Origin: a virus
Lineage: Duplodnaviria > Caudoviricetes
Virus record (IMG/VR): IMGVR_UViG_3300005544_000022
Location: 7,140 to 71,139 of that record
DNA: 64,000 nucleotides
Direction: 5' to 3' (one strand)
Of the stretch, positions 35,349 to 44,488 are shown in pieces. The translations under genes and the position numbers were made by a program. Every line of letters begins with the position of its first letter. The stretch's first letter is position 1. The notes under the pieces were generated by a model. It saw only the letters and a program-made list of their open reading frames with translations, ran no database searches and was not told the origin of the DNA.

Positions 35349-38029
35349 TGTCCTTCTTTCCTATACCTGAAAAGGTAAGCAAACAAACAGCGGCTAAAGC
35401 CGACATTAAGATGCTCCACACGTTGGAGTGTCAAGCTTGCCCCTTGTCACAGATCAAGGGTAACAAGCACCCCGACATGCCGGCAACGGGCGTCAGCAAC
35501 CCGATGGTCTACGCATTGGGTGAGGCCCCCGGCAAGGATGAGGATATACGCGGCCGGCAGTTCGTAGGCAAAAGCGGCCAATTGCTCAGGGACTTGCTCA
35601 TTGACATTATGGGCACCGATTACAAGAACTACTTTCGTTGGAATAACACCGTTCGCACCCGACCGATTGACAACGCCACACCGACTTGGCAGAGCATCGA
35701 GTGCTGCCGACCTAGCATCGTGAGGGATATCGAGCAAAGCAAGCCGAAGGCTATATTTGGATTTGGCAACATACCGCTGTCATGGCTCACGGGGTATTCT
35801 GGTATCTACGCCTATCGTGGCCGCCGCATGCCCGTCAAGGTAGGCACACACGTTTGCTGGTACTTCCCCATGCTGCATCCAGCGGCGATACTGCATGGCG
35901 TCAAAGGCTATGACCCCGACGACGATGACGATGGCAGTGATTACAATCAATCTGATCGCGAGTTCATCAATGAGGATCATCGCATACTCAAGTTCGATCT
36001 CATTAAAGCCCTGGCACTGCTCGACAAGCTCGGGCCACCTATGATCCATTCAGCCGACGATGCCTTGAGCGGCATTGATGTAATGGATAAGTGCGACGAT
36101 CAGGCCCTCGATATTATTGAAGAACAGTTGAAGCTGTACGGTTCGAAGGTAGTAATCGGCATCGACTACGAGACCGACGCACTGCGACCGTACAATCCCG
36201 ACCGGCGAATACTGACCGCCGCCGTCAGCGATGGGCTCGGCGCGATCACCATTCCATTCGATCACCCTGAAGCGAGCTGGACCCCCAAGCAACGCGAACG
36301 CCTCGACCGTATTTGGATTAACTTTCTCACCACGGCTACGGCCATCAAAGCGGTACACAACCTGCAATTCGAGCTGGAGTGGACTGGCCATCGGTTCGCC
36401 GGCGACTTGCTCAAAGCCGGTAGGTGGGAATGTACGATGGTTCAAGCGTCGATCATCGACCATCGCTATAAGGGCACCAAGCCAAGCCCGTTGTCGCTAG
36501 AGTTTCTGGTGCTGCAACACTTCGGCTTCAACCTGAAGAAGCTCGCAGCCGTCGAGCGTCACAACCTGATAAACACGCCGCTGCCTCACGTGCTCCAGTA
36601 CAATGGGCTAGATGCCAAGTACCATGCGTTGCTGTTCAAGCGTCAGCACGCAATCATAAGGAACGAGAACCTACTCGTTGCCTACAAGCTCGCCAGCCGC
36701 CGCGTGCCCACGCTGGTTATGAGCCAGCTCAAAGGCATTCCTGTATCACAAAAGCAAGTCGAGGTGCTGCACGCCAAGTACGCAGATCGCATTGAAACAA
36801 CCTCGAAGCAGATTGCCGTCAATCGTACCGTCAAGCGGTTCAAGCGAGACTATAAATTCGACTTCGACCCCGGCAAGCATTGCGTGAAGCTGTTTCACGA
36901 CATGCTGCAACGTAAGGAGTGCGAGGTATTCGACAAGAAGAAACGTGATGCCAAAACTTGGTGGGTAGGTGATAAGAAAGTTAACAAGATAAGCTGCGAT
37001 GAAGATGTGCTCAAGCAAATTGGCGGCGAGTTGCCAGAGCTAATCATTCGCTTGCGTAAGGCACAAAAGCGTATGGGCACTTACATTCTACCCATGCGCA
37101 CGGGCAGTGAAATACTTTGGCCCGGCAGCTATCTCCATCCAGTTTATAATCACACTTTCACCGATACTGGCCGGCTGAGCGCTGAAGAGCCCAACGTTCA
37201 GAACTACCCCAAGCGTGATGGCGAGGCCAAAGAGGTTCGCAAGGGCATCGTCGCTCGCAAGGGGCGCATGATTGTCGCCATCGACTACGGGCAAATAGAA
37301 GCCCGCGTCATCGCCATGTACACGAAGGATAAAACCTTCGTCAAAGCATTGTGGGAAGACTACGACGTTCATATGGAGTGGGCCGAGCGCGTAGCCTATG
37401 CGGTGCCGGGGCTAGTCGGCGGCAAGCAGTACCTTAAAGACAAACCCACGATGAAAAAGTTTCGCACGGGCATCAAAAACGAATGGACATTCCCACTGTT
37501 TTTCGGCGCCACGCTTGAGTCCGTTTGCAACTACCTCACTGAAGGTAATGACCACGACTGCAAGGTAGAACCCGGCCAACTCAAAAAGGTTCACAGCGAT
37601 TTCTGGAAGCAGTTCGGCGGCGTCAAGGTTTGGCAAGAAACCCTGCGCGATTTTTATGAGGAGCATGGGTATGTAGAAACCTTCACTGGCCGGCGCCGTC
37701 ACGGGCCTATGAGCTTCAACAAGCTAATCAATGCGCCCGTGCAGGGTTTCACTGCCGAGCTTGTGATGGACGGTATGTGCAGGTTAAGCGAAACAAACGA
37801 CCCGCTGCTGCACCCTGAAATTCAAATCCACGATGACTTGACGTGGGTGAGCGTGCCCGAAAACAGGGTAGATGAACTGGCCGACAAGGCGTTGGATGTG
37901 TTGCTCAACCCGCCCGCGCCGTTTATCGAGCATGTCAACGTGCCAATCACAATGGAGCTTAGCGTAGGCAAGAACTGGCTGGAAATGACCGACATAGGTG
38001 TGTTCAAGTCGAACGAGTGGAAGAGGTGA
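35348..38029 (+). CDS. polA: family A DNA polymerase with N-terminal family-4 uracil-DNA-glycosylase-like domain and 3'-5' exonuclease
   Basis: CQAC, GEAPG, HPAA (UDG); DYETD, HNLQFE, YNGLDA (Exo I-III); TGRLS..PNVQN, DYGQIEARV (motif A), QIHDD (motif C). Confidence 0.92.
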   Translation: MSFFPIPEKVSKQTAAKADIKMLHTLECQACPLSQIKGNKHPDMPATGVSNPMVYALGEAPGKDEDIRGRQFVGKSGQLLRDLLIDIMGTDYKNYFRWNNTVRTRPIDNATPTWQSIECCRPSIVRDIEQSKPKAIFGFGNIPLSWLTGYSGIYAYRGRRMPVKVGTHVCWYFPMLHPAAILHGVKGYDPDDDDDGSDYNQSDREFINEDHRILKFDLIKALALLDKLGPPMIHSADDALSGIDVMDKCDDQALDIIEEQLKLYGSKVVIGIDYETDALRPYNPDRRILTAAVSDGLGAITIPFDHPEASWTPKQRERLDRIWINFLTTATAIKAVHNLQFELEWTGHRFAGDLLKAGRWECTMVQASIIDHRYKGTKPSPLSLEFLVLQHFGFNLKKLAAVERHNLINTPLPHVLQYNGLDAKYHALLFKRQHAIIRNENLLVAYKLASRRVPTLVMSQLKGIPVSQKQVEVLHAKYADRIETTSKQIAVNRTVKRFKRDYKFDFDPGKHCVKLFHDMLQRKECEVFDKKKRDAKTWWVGDKKVNKISCDEDVLKQIGGELPELIIRLRKAQKRMGTYILPMRTGSEILWPGSYLHPVYNHTFTDTGRLSAEEPNVQNYPKRDGEAKEVRKGIVARKGRMIVAIDYGQIEARVIAMYTKDKTFVKALWEDYDVHMEWAERVAYAVPGLVGGKQYLKDKPTMKKFRTGIKNEWTFPLFFGATLESVCNYLTEGNDHDCKVEPGQLKKVHSDFWKQFGGVKVWQETLRDFYEEHGYVETFTGRRRHGPMSFNKLINAPVQGFTAELVMDGMCRLSETNDPLLHPEIQIHDDLTWVSVPENRVDELADKALDVLLNPPAPFIEHVNVPITMELSVGKNWLEMTDIGVFKSNEWKR

Positions 38030-38033
38030 CACC

Positions 38034-38291
38034 GTGGCAAGTAAAATCAGAAGGTTCGAGGCTAGTGTTAAACCAGGAGTTGCAGCGAATGAATTCCATC
38101 TAGACAAGTGTGAGGATCAAGTACTCAAGCTGTTCGATGAGTGGCGGCAGGAAATAGCAACTCGCACCTATCACATTTTTGGCGTGCAGTGGCGCCGCGT
38201 GCGCGGCCCGTCACGCGATGCTGCTGATGGTAGCTGGTACGTTGAGCTGGAAGTTCTATACGAGTTTGTTTATAGCCATTTGGGAGCGTGA
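38034..38291 (+). CDS. hypothetical protein
   Basis: ORF 37998..38291; GTG 38034 after gaggtg. Confidence 0.5.
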   Translation: MASKIRRFEASVKPGVAANEFHLDKCEDQVLKLFDEWRQEIATRTYHIFGVQWRRVRGPSRDAADGSWYVELEVLYEFVYSHLGA

Positions 38292-38292
38292 C

Positions 38293-39216
38293 ATGACAGC
38301 CCTAATAACCAAGTACAGACCCCGCAGGTTTGCCGACGTGATTGGGCACGCTAGCGCCGTGCGAGCGTTGCAGCGCGCGTTGGAAAAGGGCACCAGCAAA
38401 ACGTTTCTACTGACTGGGCCGACTGGCGTAGGCAAAACCACGCTTGCCCGCATCGCTGCAACTGTCGCCGGCTGCAAGTCAGATATCATGGAGGTCGATG
38501 CTGCCACGCGCACCGGCATTGACGACATGCGCGAAATTGCTGAAGGCATGAACTACGCGCCTCTATCTGGCGATGCCAAGGCGATCATCATAGATGAAGC
38601 CCACGCCCTGAGCAAAGCGGCCGTGCAGTCATTGCTCAAAACGTTCGAGGAGCCTCCAAGCTGGGGCTATTGGTTCATGTGTACGACCGAGCCAACCAAG
38701 ATCCCTGCCAACCTACGCAGTCGATGCCTACATCTCACCTTGAAGCCGGTTGATATTGAGGATATCAAAGGCTTGCTCGATGACATAAACTCAAAAGAGA
38801 AGCTGAAGGTCAAGGGCGATATAGTGGCGTTGTGCGCTGAGGAGGCTCAAGGCTCACCCCGGCAAGCCATCACCAACCTAGCCTTGTGCGCTGATGTCAA
38901 GAACCTCACCGAAGCTGCCGAGCTACTGCAATCGGCCGCTGAGTTACCCCAAGCAATCGACCTTGCACGCTTTCTATTTGCTGGTGGCTCGTGGCGTGAC
39001 TGCCAAGCCAAGCTGCGTGCGATGAAGGATCAGAACGCCGAAAGCGTGCGCCAAGTTGTGCGGGCCTATATGACCACGATTGCGCTATCCATTCCAGGTG
39101 GTAACAAGCTGGCCCAAGCTCTAGCCGTGCTCGAAGCCTTCGATACCCCTTGCAACTCGCAGGACGGCATATCACCTATCGTGCTGCGTTGCGCTAGTTT
39201 GCTGGTCAAAAGATAA
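38293..39216 (+). CDS. dnaX: DnaX (gamma/tau)-like clamp loader AAA+ ATPase
   Basis: KYRPRRFADVIGH, GPTGVGKTT, DAA.RTGIDDMR, IIDEAH.LS..A..SLLKTFEEPP, SRC, GSPR. Confidence 0.9.
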   Translation: MTALITKYRPRRFADVIGHASAVRALQRALEKGTSKTFLLTGPTGVGKTTLARIAATVAGCKSDIMEVDAATRTGIDDMREIAEGMNYAPLSGDAKAIIIDEAHALSKAAVQSLLKTFEEPPSWGYWFMCTTEPTKIPANLRSRCLHLTLKPVDIEDIKGLLDDINSKEKLKVKGDIVALCAEEAQGSPRQAITNLALCADVKNLTEAAELLQSAAELPQAIDLARFLFAGGSWRDCQAKLRAMKDQNAESVRQVVRAYMTTIALSIPGGNKLAQALAVLEAFDTPCNSQDGISPIVLRCASLLVKR

Positions 39217-39217
39217 A

Positions 39218-39224
39218 CGTATGT
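39218..39224 (+). promoter_or_regulatory. CGTATGT putative phage promoter element
   Basis: Directly after the dnaX stop. Confidence 0.5.
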
Positions 39225-39266
39225 AGTTAGTGACCGAACCCCCAAACCCTGCCAGAAAGCACCCCC

Positions 39267-39824
39267 ATGCAACAGCGCCCCGACAAGACCCCGAGCAAGA
39301 ACCCCCAAGCGGCCGACTACCGCGAATTGCTGGTGATCGACCGCGATGACTTGGAAGGCTGCCTCACCGACCACTCTGACAACTTTTTCTACATCGCCGA
39401 CGCCCACGTGCAGGCAGTCGCCAAGCGCGATGCCCTCAAGCTCGAGATCGAAGAGCTGCACGCTGCCCTCGATAGGGACATTCGTGAACAGGCCGCCAAG
39501 AACGAGGAGAAAACAACCGAGGCTGGCATTCAGCAAAAGATCAAAGACGACCCCGACATGCGCGACCTGAAGCAGCAGTTATTGAATGCCAGTCAGAAGA
39601 CCGACGAGTGGGGCGCATTGAAGGAAGCGTTTTATCAGCGCGGCTACATGCTGCGTGAGCTTGTGGCGATAACGCTCAAGAAACTTTCAATGGAAGGAGA
39701 GATCAGCTCGACCGAACGTGCGACCAACGAATTGCGAGCGAGGCAGGGCGACCGCGCCATCGAGCGGGTGAGAACTGCCCGCGAAACGATGCCCATGAAG
39801 CGACTTGGCAAAAAGAGCAAGTAG
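39267..39824 (+). CDS. UvsY-like recombination mediator
   Basis: Helical; L.IDRD.L, LKEAFYQRGYMLREL resembles the T4 UvsY C-terminus; sits next to SSB and RecA. Confidence 0.6.
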   Translation: MQQRPDKTPSKNPQAADYRELLVIDRDDLEGCLTDHSDNFFYIADAHVQAVAKRDALKLEIEELHAALDRDIREQAAKNEEKTTEAGIQQKIKDDPDMRDLKQQLLNASQKTDEWGALKEAFYQRGYMLRELVAITLKKLSMEGEISSTERATNELRARQGDRAIERVRTARETMPMKRLGKKSK

Positions 39825-39831
39825 CAGGTAG

Positions 39832-40056
39832 GTGGAGGTGGAAAACATTGCATGGATAGTTGCTATCGTTCTTGTTGCGGTAGTAGTCTTACCGATAGCT
39901 AACTATGTAAACGTCAGGCTCATAAGCCTAGCGTACTACCGCAGCAGATTAGAGTATGTCAGAAACGTTCGTCAACTTGGAGTGGATGATGAAAGCGAGT
40001 ACCCAGTCAAAGACCAAGACCAACGGCGGTCGTCGGCATTTCACGTATCGCGGTGA
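39832..40056 (+). CDS. small membrane protein
   Basis: Hydrophobic N-terminus; overlaps the SSB start. Confidence 0.4.
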   Translation: MEVENIAWIVAIVLVAVVVLPIANYVNVRLISLAYYRSRLEYVRNVRQLGVDDESEYPVKDQDQRRSSAFHVSR

Positions 40057-41290
40057 AGACCGCACCGCCGAGGACGTCAGCCGCGCCAGCAAAACCAGCG
40101 GCGGCACTTTCGACCAGTATTTGACCCAAGGTGTGAACTTCTTCAAGCCCCGCGAAGGCGAGAACAACATTCGCATCATGCCCCTCAGCTGGGAGGACAC
40201 CAAAAAGTGGGGCAAGGACTGGGCGATACTGATCTACGTGCATCACAGCATCGGCGCCGATAACTCGGCCTACCTTTGCCTCGAGAAAATGAAGGGCGAG
40301 GCTTGCCCCATTTGCGAGGCACGGGCCGACGCCGAGACCGAGGACGAGCAGCGCGCACTGAGGCCCAACAAGCGGGCGCTGGTGTGGCTGATCGACCGCG
40401 ACAACGAGAAGGCAGGGCCGCATGTGTGGTCTATGCCGCTTCAGCTTTACCGTGACCTGCAAACGCGCAGCATCGACAAGAAGACCGGCACGGTGATACT
40501 GATCGACCATCCTGACGAGGGCTACGACATTAGCTTCGTCAAGGAGGGCACTGGCCTGCATACCAAGTACACGGCCGTCGAGGTTGCTCGGGATGGCTCA
40601 GCGCTCAGCGAGAACGAGAAAAAGCAAACCCGCTGGCTCGACCTGATCGCCGAGCAGCCGTTGCCCGAAATCCTCAACTACTACGACGCCGACTACATCA
40701 CCAAGGTTCTCGAAGGCAAGTCGTCGAAGCGCGATGACGACGAGGACGAGGACGATGATGACAAGCCGGCCCGTAAGCGCGTCAAGTCGGAGAACCGGCG
40801 CAACAAGGGCAAGGCCGATGACGACGAGGACGCTGACGAGGCCGAGGAGACTGAGGACGAAGACGAGGATGAGGCTGACGAAAAGGCCATTCGTCGCAAC
40901 AAGCGAAGCGTCGCCCGTGACGAGGATGAGGATGACGAAGCCGAGGAGGAGTCCAGCGACGACGATAGCAGTGATGAGGACGAGGACGAAGAGGACGTCA
41001 AGCCTGCCCGCCGCCGCGCCTCGAAGGTAGTCGATGACGATGACGAGGAAGAGGAGGCTGACGAAGACGGTGACGATGACGACGACGACGATGACGAGCC
41101 CAAGGCCAAAAAGGGCAAGGGTAAGTCGTCAAAGCGCGCGGCCGCCGACGACGATGATGAGGAAGAGGAGGCTGACGAAGACGAGGACGACGAGGACGAG
41201 GACGAAAAGCCGAAGGGCAAGGCTGGCACCGCCAGTGCCCGTGCTCGTGCTAAGCTCGAAGCGATGAAGAAAAAGCGCGGCAAGAAGTAA
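39956..41290 (+). CDS. T4 gp32-like ssDNA-binding protein with ~190-aa D/E/K-rich tail (likely start 39986)
   Basis: FFKP.EGENNIRIMP, YVH, YLCL....CPICE, VWLIDR, G.DI.F.KEG.G..TKY. Confidence 0.8.
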   Translation: MSETFVNLEWMMKASTQSKTKTNGGRRHFTYRGEDRTAEDVSRASKTSGGTFDQYLTQGVNFFKPREGENNIRIMPLSWEDTKKWGKDWAILIYVHHSIGADNSAYLCLEKMKGEACPICEARADAETEDEQRALRPNKRALVWLIDRDNEKAGPHVWSMPLQLYRDLQTRSIDKKTGTVILIDHPDEGYDISFVKEGTGLHTKYTAVEVARDGSALSENEKKQTRWLDLIAEQPLPEILNYYDADYITKVLEGKSSKRDDDEDEDDDDKPARKRVKSENRRNKGKADDDEDADEAEETEDEDEDEADEKAIRRNKRSVARDEDEDDEAEEESSDDDSSDEDEDEEDVKPARRRASKVVDDDDEEEEADEDGDDDDDDDDEPKAKKGKGKSSKRAAADDDDEEEEADEDEDDEDEDEKPKGKAGTASARARAKLEAMKKKRGKK

Positions 41291-41326
41291 AGGGTTTCCT
41301 GGCCTCTCGTGCAGTGTAGGTCAGGA

Positions 41327-41377
41327 GGCGGGTGGCGTAAGGCTTAGCTCCATTAGCCGTGCGTCACCCGCCATTTT
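41327..41377 (+). terminator. intrinsic-terminator-like hairpin between ssb and recA
   Basis: ggcgggtggcg / cgtcacccgcc stem followed by atttt. Confidence 0.5.
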
Positions 41378-41396
41378 AACGTCAGAAGGTAGGAAA

Positions 41397-42413
41397 ATGC
41401 GTAAGCGCCTGAGTGAGAAAACTAACGGGGCTGACAATGACTACTTCAAGCCGCCCACCAACATCGAGTTCATCAGAAGCGGTTGCGTGCTCTTCGACTG
41501 CATGCTCGGCGGGGGCTGGCCCCTCGGCAGAATGTCGAACCTCGTTGGCGACAAGTCAACTGGAAAAACCCTTTGCGCCATTGAGGCTGCTGCAAACTTC
41601 GCCCGACAATATCCTAACGGTCATATCTGGTATCGAGAGGCAGAAGCAGCATTTGATGAAAGCTATGCTGGTGCCCTCGGCCTACCTGTTGACCGGGTTG
41701 ACTTTGGACCAGAGGGCCTCGATAGTGCTTGGGAAACTGTGGAAGATATATTCGAAGACCTTACTGACTGCTGCGAGCGAGCCATTGAAAGTAAAGAACC
41801 AGGGCTCTACATAATCGACAGCCTCGATGCCTTATCAAGCCGCGCCGAGTTGGCGCGTAAGATTGATGAAGGCAGCTACGGCATGGAAAAGCAAAAGCAG
41901 CTTGGCCAGTTGTTTCGCCGGCTGACCCGCAAGCTGAAGGAAGCCCGCATCGCCCTGCTGATTATTTCGCAGGTGCGTGACAAGATCGGCATATCATTCG
42001 GTGACAAGCACCGGCGTTCTGGTGGCCGCGCGATGGACTTTTACGCATCGCTCGTTGTGTACCTGAGCCATCTTAAGCAACTCAGTCGCACCATTGGCGG
42101 CATCAAACGGCCGACAGCCATTCACGTCAGGGCCAAATGCCAAAAGAATAAGATCGCCATGCCGTTCAGAGAGTGCGAGTTCACCTTGCGCTTTGGGTAC
42201 GGCATTGACGAAATGGATGCCTGCGTGACCTTTCTCGAAATGGCCAAGGCGACCAAGCTCGTGCCTGAGCTGGATAAGAACTTCATGGCGCGGGTTGATA
42301 AGCTGAACGATGCCGACTATAAAAAGCAATTGATCGTGCTGCGCAAAGCCACGCGCAAAGCATGGCGAGCCATCGAGGTAGACTTCGCCCCAACCCGAAG
42401 AAAGTACGTGTGA
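41397..42413 (+). CDS. recA: RecA/UvsX-family recombinase
   Basis: LGGGWPLGR, GDKSTGKT, IIDSLDAL, ISQVRDKIGISFG, GGRAMDFYAS. Confidence 0.92.
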   Translation: MRKRLSEKTNGADNDYFKPPTNIEFIRSGCVLFDCMLGGGWPLGRMSNLVGDKSTGKTLCAIEAAANFARQYPNGHIWYREAEAAFDESYAGALGLPVDRVDFGPEGLDSAWETVEDIFEDLTDCCERAIESKEPGLYIIDSLDALSSRAELARKIDEGSYGMEKQKQLGQLFRRLTRKLKEARIALLIISQVRDKIGISFGDKHRRSGGRAMDFYASLVVYLSHLKQLSRTIGGIKRPTAIHVRAKCQKNKIAMPFRECEFTLRFGYGIDEMDACVTFLEMAKATKLVPELDKNFMARVDKLNDADYKKQLIVLRKATRKAWRAIEVDFAPTRRKYV

Positions 42414-42790
42414 TGCCGCTTATTGAGGTTAAGGAACTATGCCATCACTGTGGTAAGTATCACTTCCCTAGTGAGGGTTGCTTTGGGCACAACTGGCTTG
42501 TGCCACCTACAGTGCAGAAAATACCCGTTGGTGACTACAGCAAAAGTGTGTGGATACAATCGCAAGCTGGAACACCGTGGCAATATATAAGCGAGGTACG
42601 GGCAGGCGGAGTTACAACTTGGTTTCGGGATGGCATTCGCGTCGAGCCGTTCGACTTCGATCTCGAGGCTAAGCAGGCATTGCACACTGCCGAGTACCAT
42701 CTGCGCTCGGGTACCTTCACGGTTTATGATGGCCCCGCCACGCACGTTAGGGTAGAAGCAGGAGGCAGCAGTGGCGACCAGCAGTCCTGA
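42413..42790 (+). CDS. hypothetical protein
   Basis: TGATG overlap; CHHCGKYH...C. Confidence 0.55.
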   Translation: MPLIEVKELCHHCGKYHFPSEGCFGHNWLVPPTVQKIPVGDYSKSVWIQSQAGTPWQYISEVRAGGVTTWFRDGIRVEPFDFDLEAKQALHTAEYHLRSGTFTVYDGPATHVRVEAGGSSGDQQS

Positions 42791-43055
42791 TAGTGTCCGA
42801 GCAGCGCTAGCTATACAAGAAGCGTTTGCAGATTACAAAGTCGCCATGCAAATCGACTGGCCGGCGACGTTTCCATCACTACGGCTTGGCCCGCACCGTG
42901 ACCCACGCGAGCTTGCCGAGCAAATTCGTAAGGATGTGGATAAGCTGAAGTCGTGCAGTGCAGCAGCCCGCTTCGCAATACGAGAGGAACGTTGCGCGCG
43001 AGCGGGCATCACCGTTCACGGCGTACCATGCTTTGACGTTAATCGTACTGAGTAG
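42771..43055 (+). CDS. hypothetical protein
   Basis: RBS ggagg. Confidence 0.5.
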   Translation: MATSSPDSVRAALAIQEAFADYKVAMQIDWPATFPSLRLGPHRDPRELAEQIRKDVDKLKSCSAAARFAIREERCARAGITVHGVPCFDVNRTE

Positions 43056-43071
43056 CTAAAGGAAGGTTCTT

Positions 43072-43284
43072 ATGGCTATAGGTGGAAAATTTAAGATAGA
43101 CGTTAGTCGCGGTGGCTATCCTGTATGGTGTACGTTATTCTATGAGGGTAAGGAGATAGCTCGGCTACATCACAGTGACCTGCGAGATCTACGATATGCT
43201 GCTAAACAAGCTATGCGCGAAGCGCGTCAGCAATTACGCAAGGGCTCGCCAAGCGAACCTGAGAAGTACCTCAACGAAGTGTAA
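43072..43284 (+). CDS. hypothetical protein
   Basis: RBS aaggaagg. Confidence 0.55.
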   Translation: MAIGGKFKIDVSRGGYPVWCTLFYEGKEIARLHHSDLRDLRYAAKQAMREARQQLRKGSPSEPEKYLNEV

Positions 43285-43308
43285 CCCAAGGGCTAAAGGA
43301 GGAAGTAC

Positions 43309-43632
43309 ATGAAACCGGCAAAGATAGGCGGCTTTACCAACGTCATGAAGAGACCCGCTAACTGGCGGCATACAAATGTACCTATAGAAGACCTTTATGT
43401 TCGCGCCGTGCGTAGTGGCGACGGCGTACCTACCGTGACCAGCGCGTGGCTGCCAAGCAAGGAAGAACTCGAGCAATTGAACAATGGTTGCCCGGTGCTG
43501 GTTTCCATCATCACAACCCAGCCACTGCATCCAATGGCAATTCATGTCGGCTCAGTTGTCGATGTGCTGCCAACGAACATTGCTCCTGGCTTGCCGGGTG
43601 GCGTGAAGCTGCCCAAAAATACGGAGCACTGA
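43309..43632 (+). CDS. hypothetical protein
   Basis: RBS aggagg; SAWLPSKEELEQLNNG. Confidence 0.65.
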   Translation: MKPAKIGGFTNVMKRPANWRHTNVPIEDLYVRAVRSGDGVPTVTSAWLPSKEELEQLNNGCPVLVSIITTQPLHPMAIHVGSVVDVLPTNIAPGLPGGVKLPKNTEH

Positions 43633-43633
43633 C

Positions 43634-44182
43634 ATGCGCGCAGGTGGAGGGAAGGCCAAGGGGGCAAGCTTCGAGCGGGAAATATGCCGCTTGCTGTCGC
43701 TTTGGGTATCACACGGCAAGCAGGAAGATTTGTATTGGCGGTCGGCAATGAGCGGCGGGCGCGCTACTGTCGGCAAGCGGCGAGGGGTTGACCTCGTTGC
43801 GCAGGCTGGGGATATCAGCAGCGTACACAAAGCTGGCCACGTGCTCACCACTGAGTTCTACTTCGAAACCAAACACGTGAAGGAATTGCACTTAGACAAT
43901 TTCATGGTGAAGGGTACCGGCCAGCTCGCCACGTTTTGGGAAACCGCAGCTCAGGAAGCTGCCAGTTACCATAAGGCGCCGGTTATCATCGCTCGGCAAA
44001 ACCGCTTCCCCACCTTGTGGATCAGTGAGGATGGCATCGTTGACGTGCTGCATGGTGCGACAATCAAACGACGCTGGCCGAAAGGCAAGCTCGCGATGAT
44101 CCGCGTAGCGGGTACAGCCCTAGCTATATGGAACTTCGATTTGCTGCTCGCCACGCCGTTCAAGTATAGCGGCTTAAACTAG
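43634..44182 (+). CDS. Hjc-type Holliday junction resolvase (PD-(D/E)xK)
   Basis: GKAKGASFEREIC, GDI, FETK. Confidence 0.8.
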   Translation: MRAGGGKAKGASFEREICRLLSLWVSHGKQEDLYWRSAMSGGRATVGKRRGVDLVAQAGDISSVHKAGHVLTTEFYFETKHVKELHLDNFMVKGTGQLATFWETAAQEAASYHKAPVIIARQNRFPTLWISEDGIVDVLHGATIKRRWPKGKLAMIRVAGTALAIWNFDLLLATPFKYSGLN

Positions 44183-44187
44183 AGCCC

Positions 44188-44203
44188 CGTATGTTATGAT
44201 TAG
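44188..44203 (+). promoter_or_regulatory. CGTATGT-N6-TAG putative phage promoter element
   Basis: Directly after the resolvase stop. Confidence 0.5.
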
Positions 44204-44243
44204 CCCGCATGATGCTGCCTCCCCCGTCGGCTCATGCGTGGCA

Positions 44244-44292
44244 GGCGCGGCCCGACCCTTACCCCCAAGGAAGTCGGGTCGCGCCACTTTTA
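44244..44292 (+). terminator. GC-rich hairpin with T tract
   Basis: ggcgcggcccgac / gtcgggtcgcgcc followed by actttt. Confidence 0.5.
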
Positions 44293-44488
44293 CCTGCAAC
44301 CTGAGTAGCTACAACCCGCCCCGGCGCCGTACCTAACCCCATGCCGTGCGAGCCTCGCCAATGCCACCCAGTAGCGCCGCCTGCGTGCATGAGCGACCCG
44401 CCCGCTAGGGTAGTGACCCCCCGACAAGTCGGCGCCTAGCGATGCAAATAGCTTGGTGCCTATGCAACCTAACTGAACGGAGTTCACT

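Noticed and set aside
38002-38014. GTTCAAGTCGAAC near the polA end as another palindrome copy
   Set aside because: Spacer is 5 nt rather than 6 and it lies in coding sequence; may be chance
40693-41283. Poly-Ser minus-strand ORF and Thr/Arg-rich alternate-frame ORFs
   Set aside because: Shadows of the GAC/GAG-rich SSB tail; not independent genes or a tandem DNA repeat array
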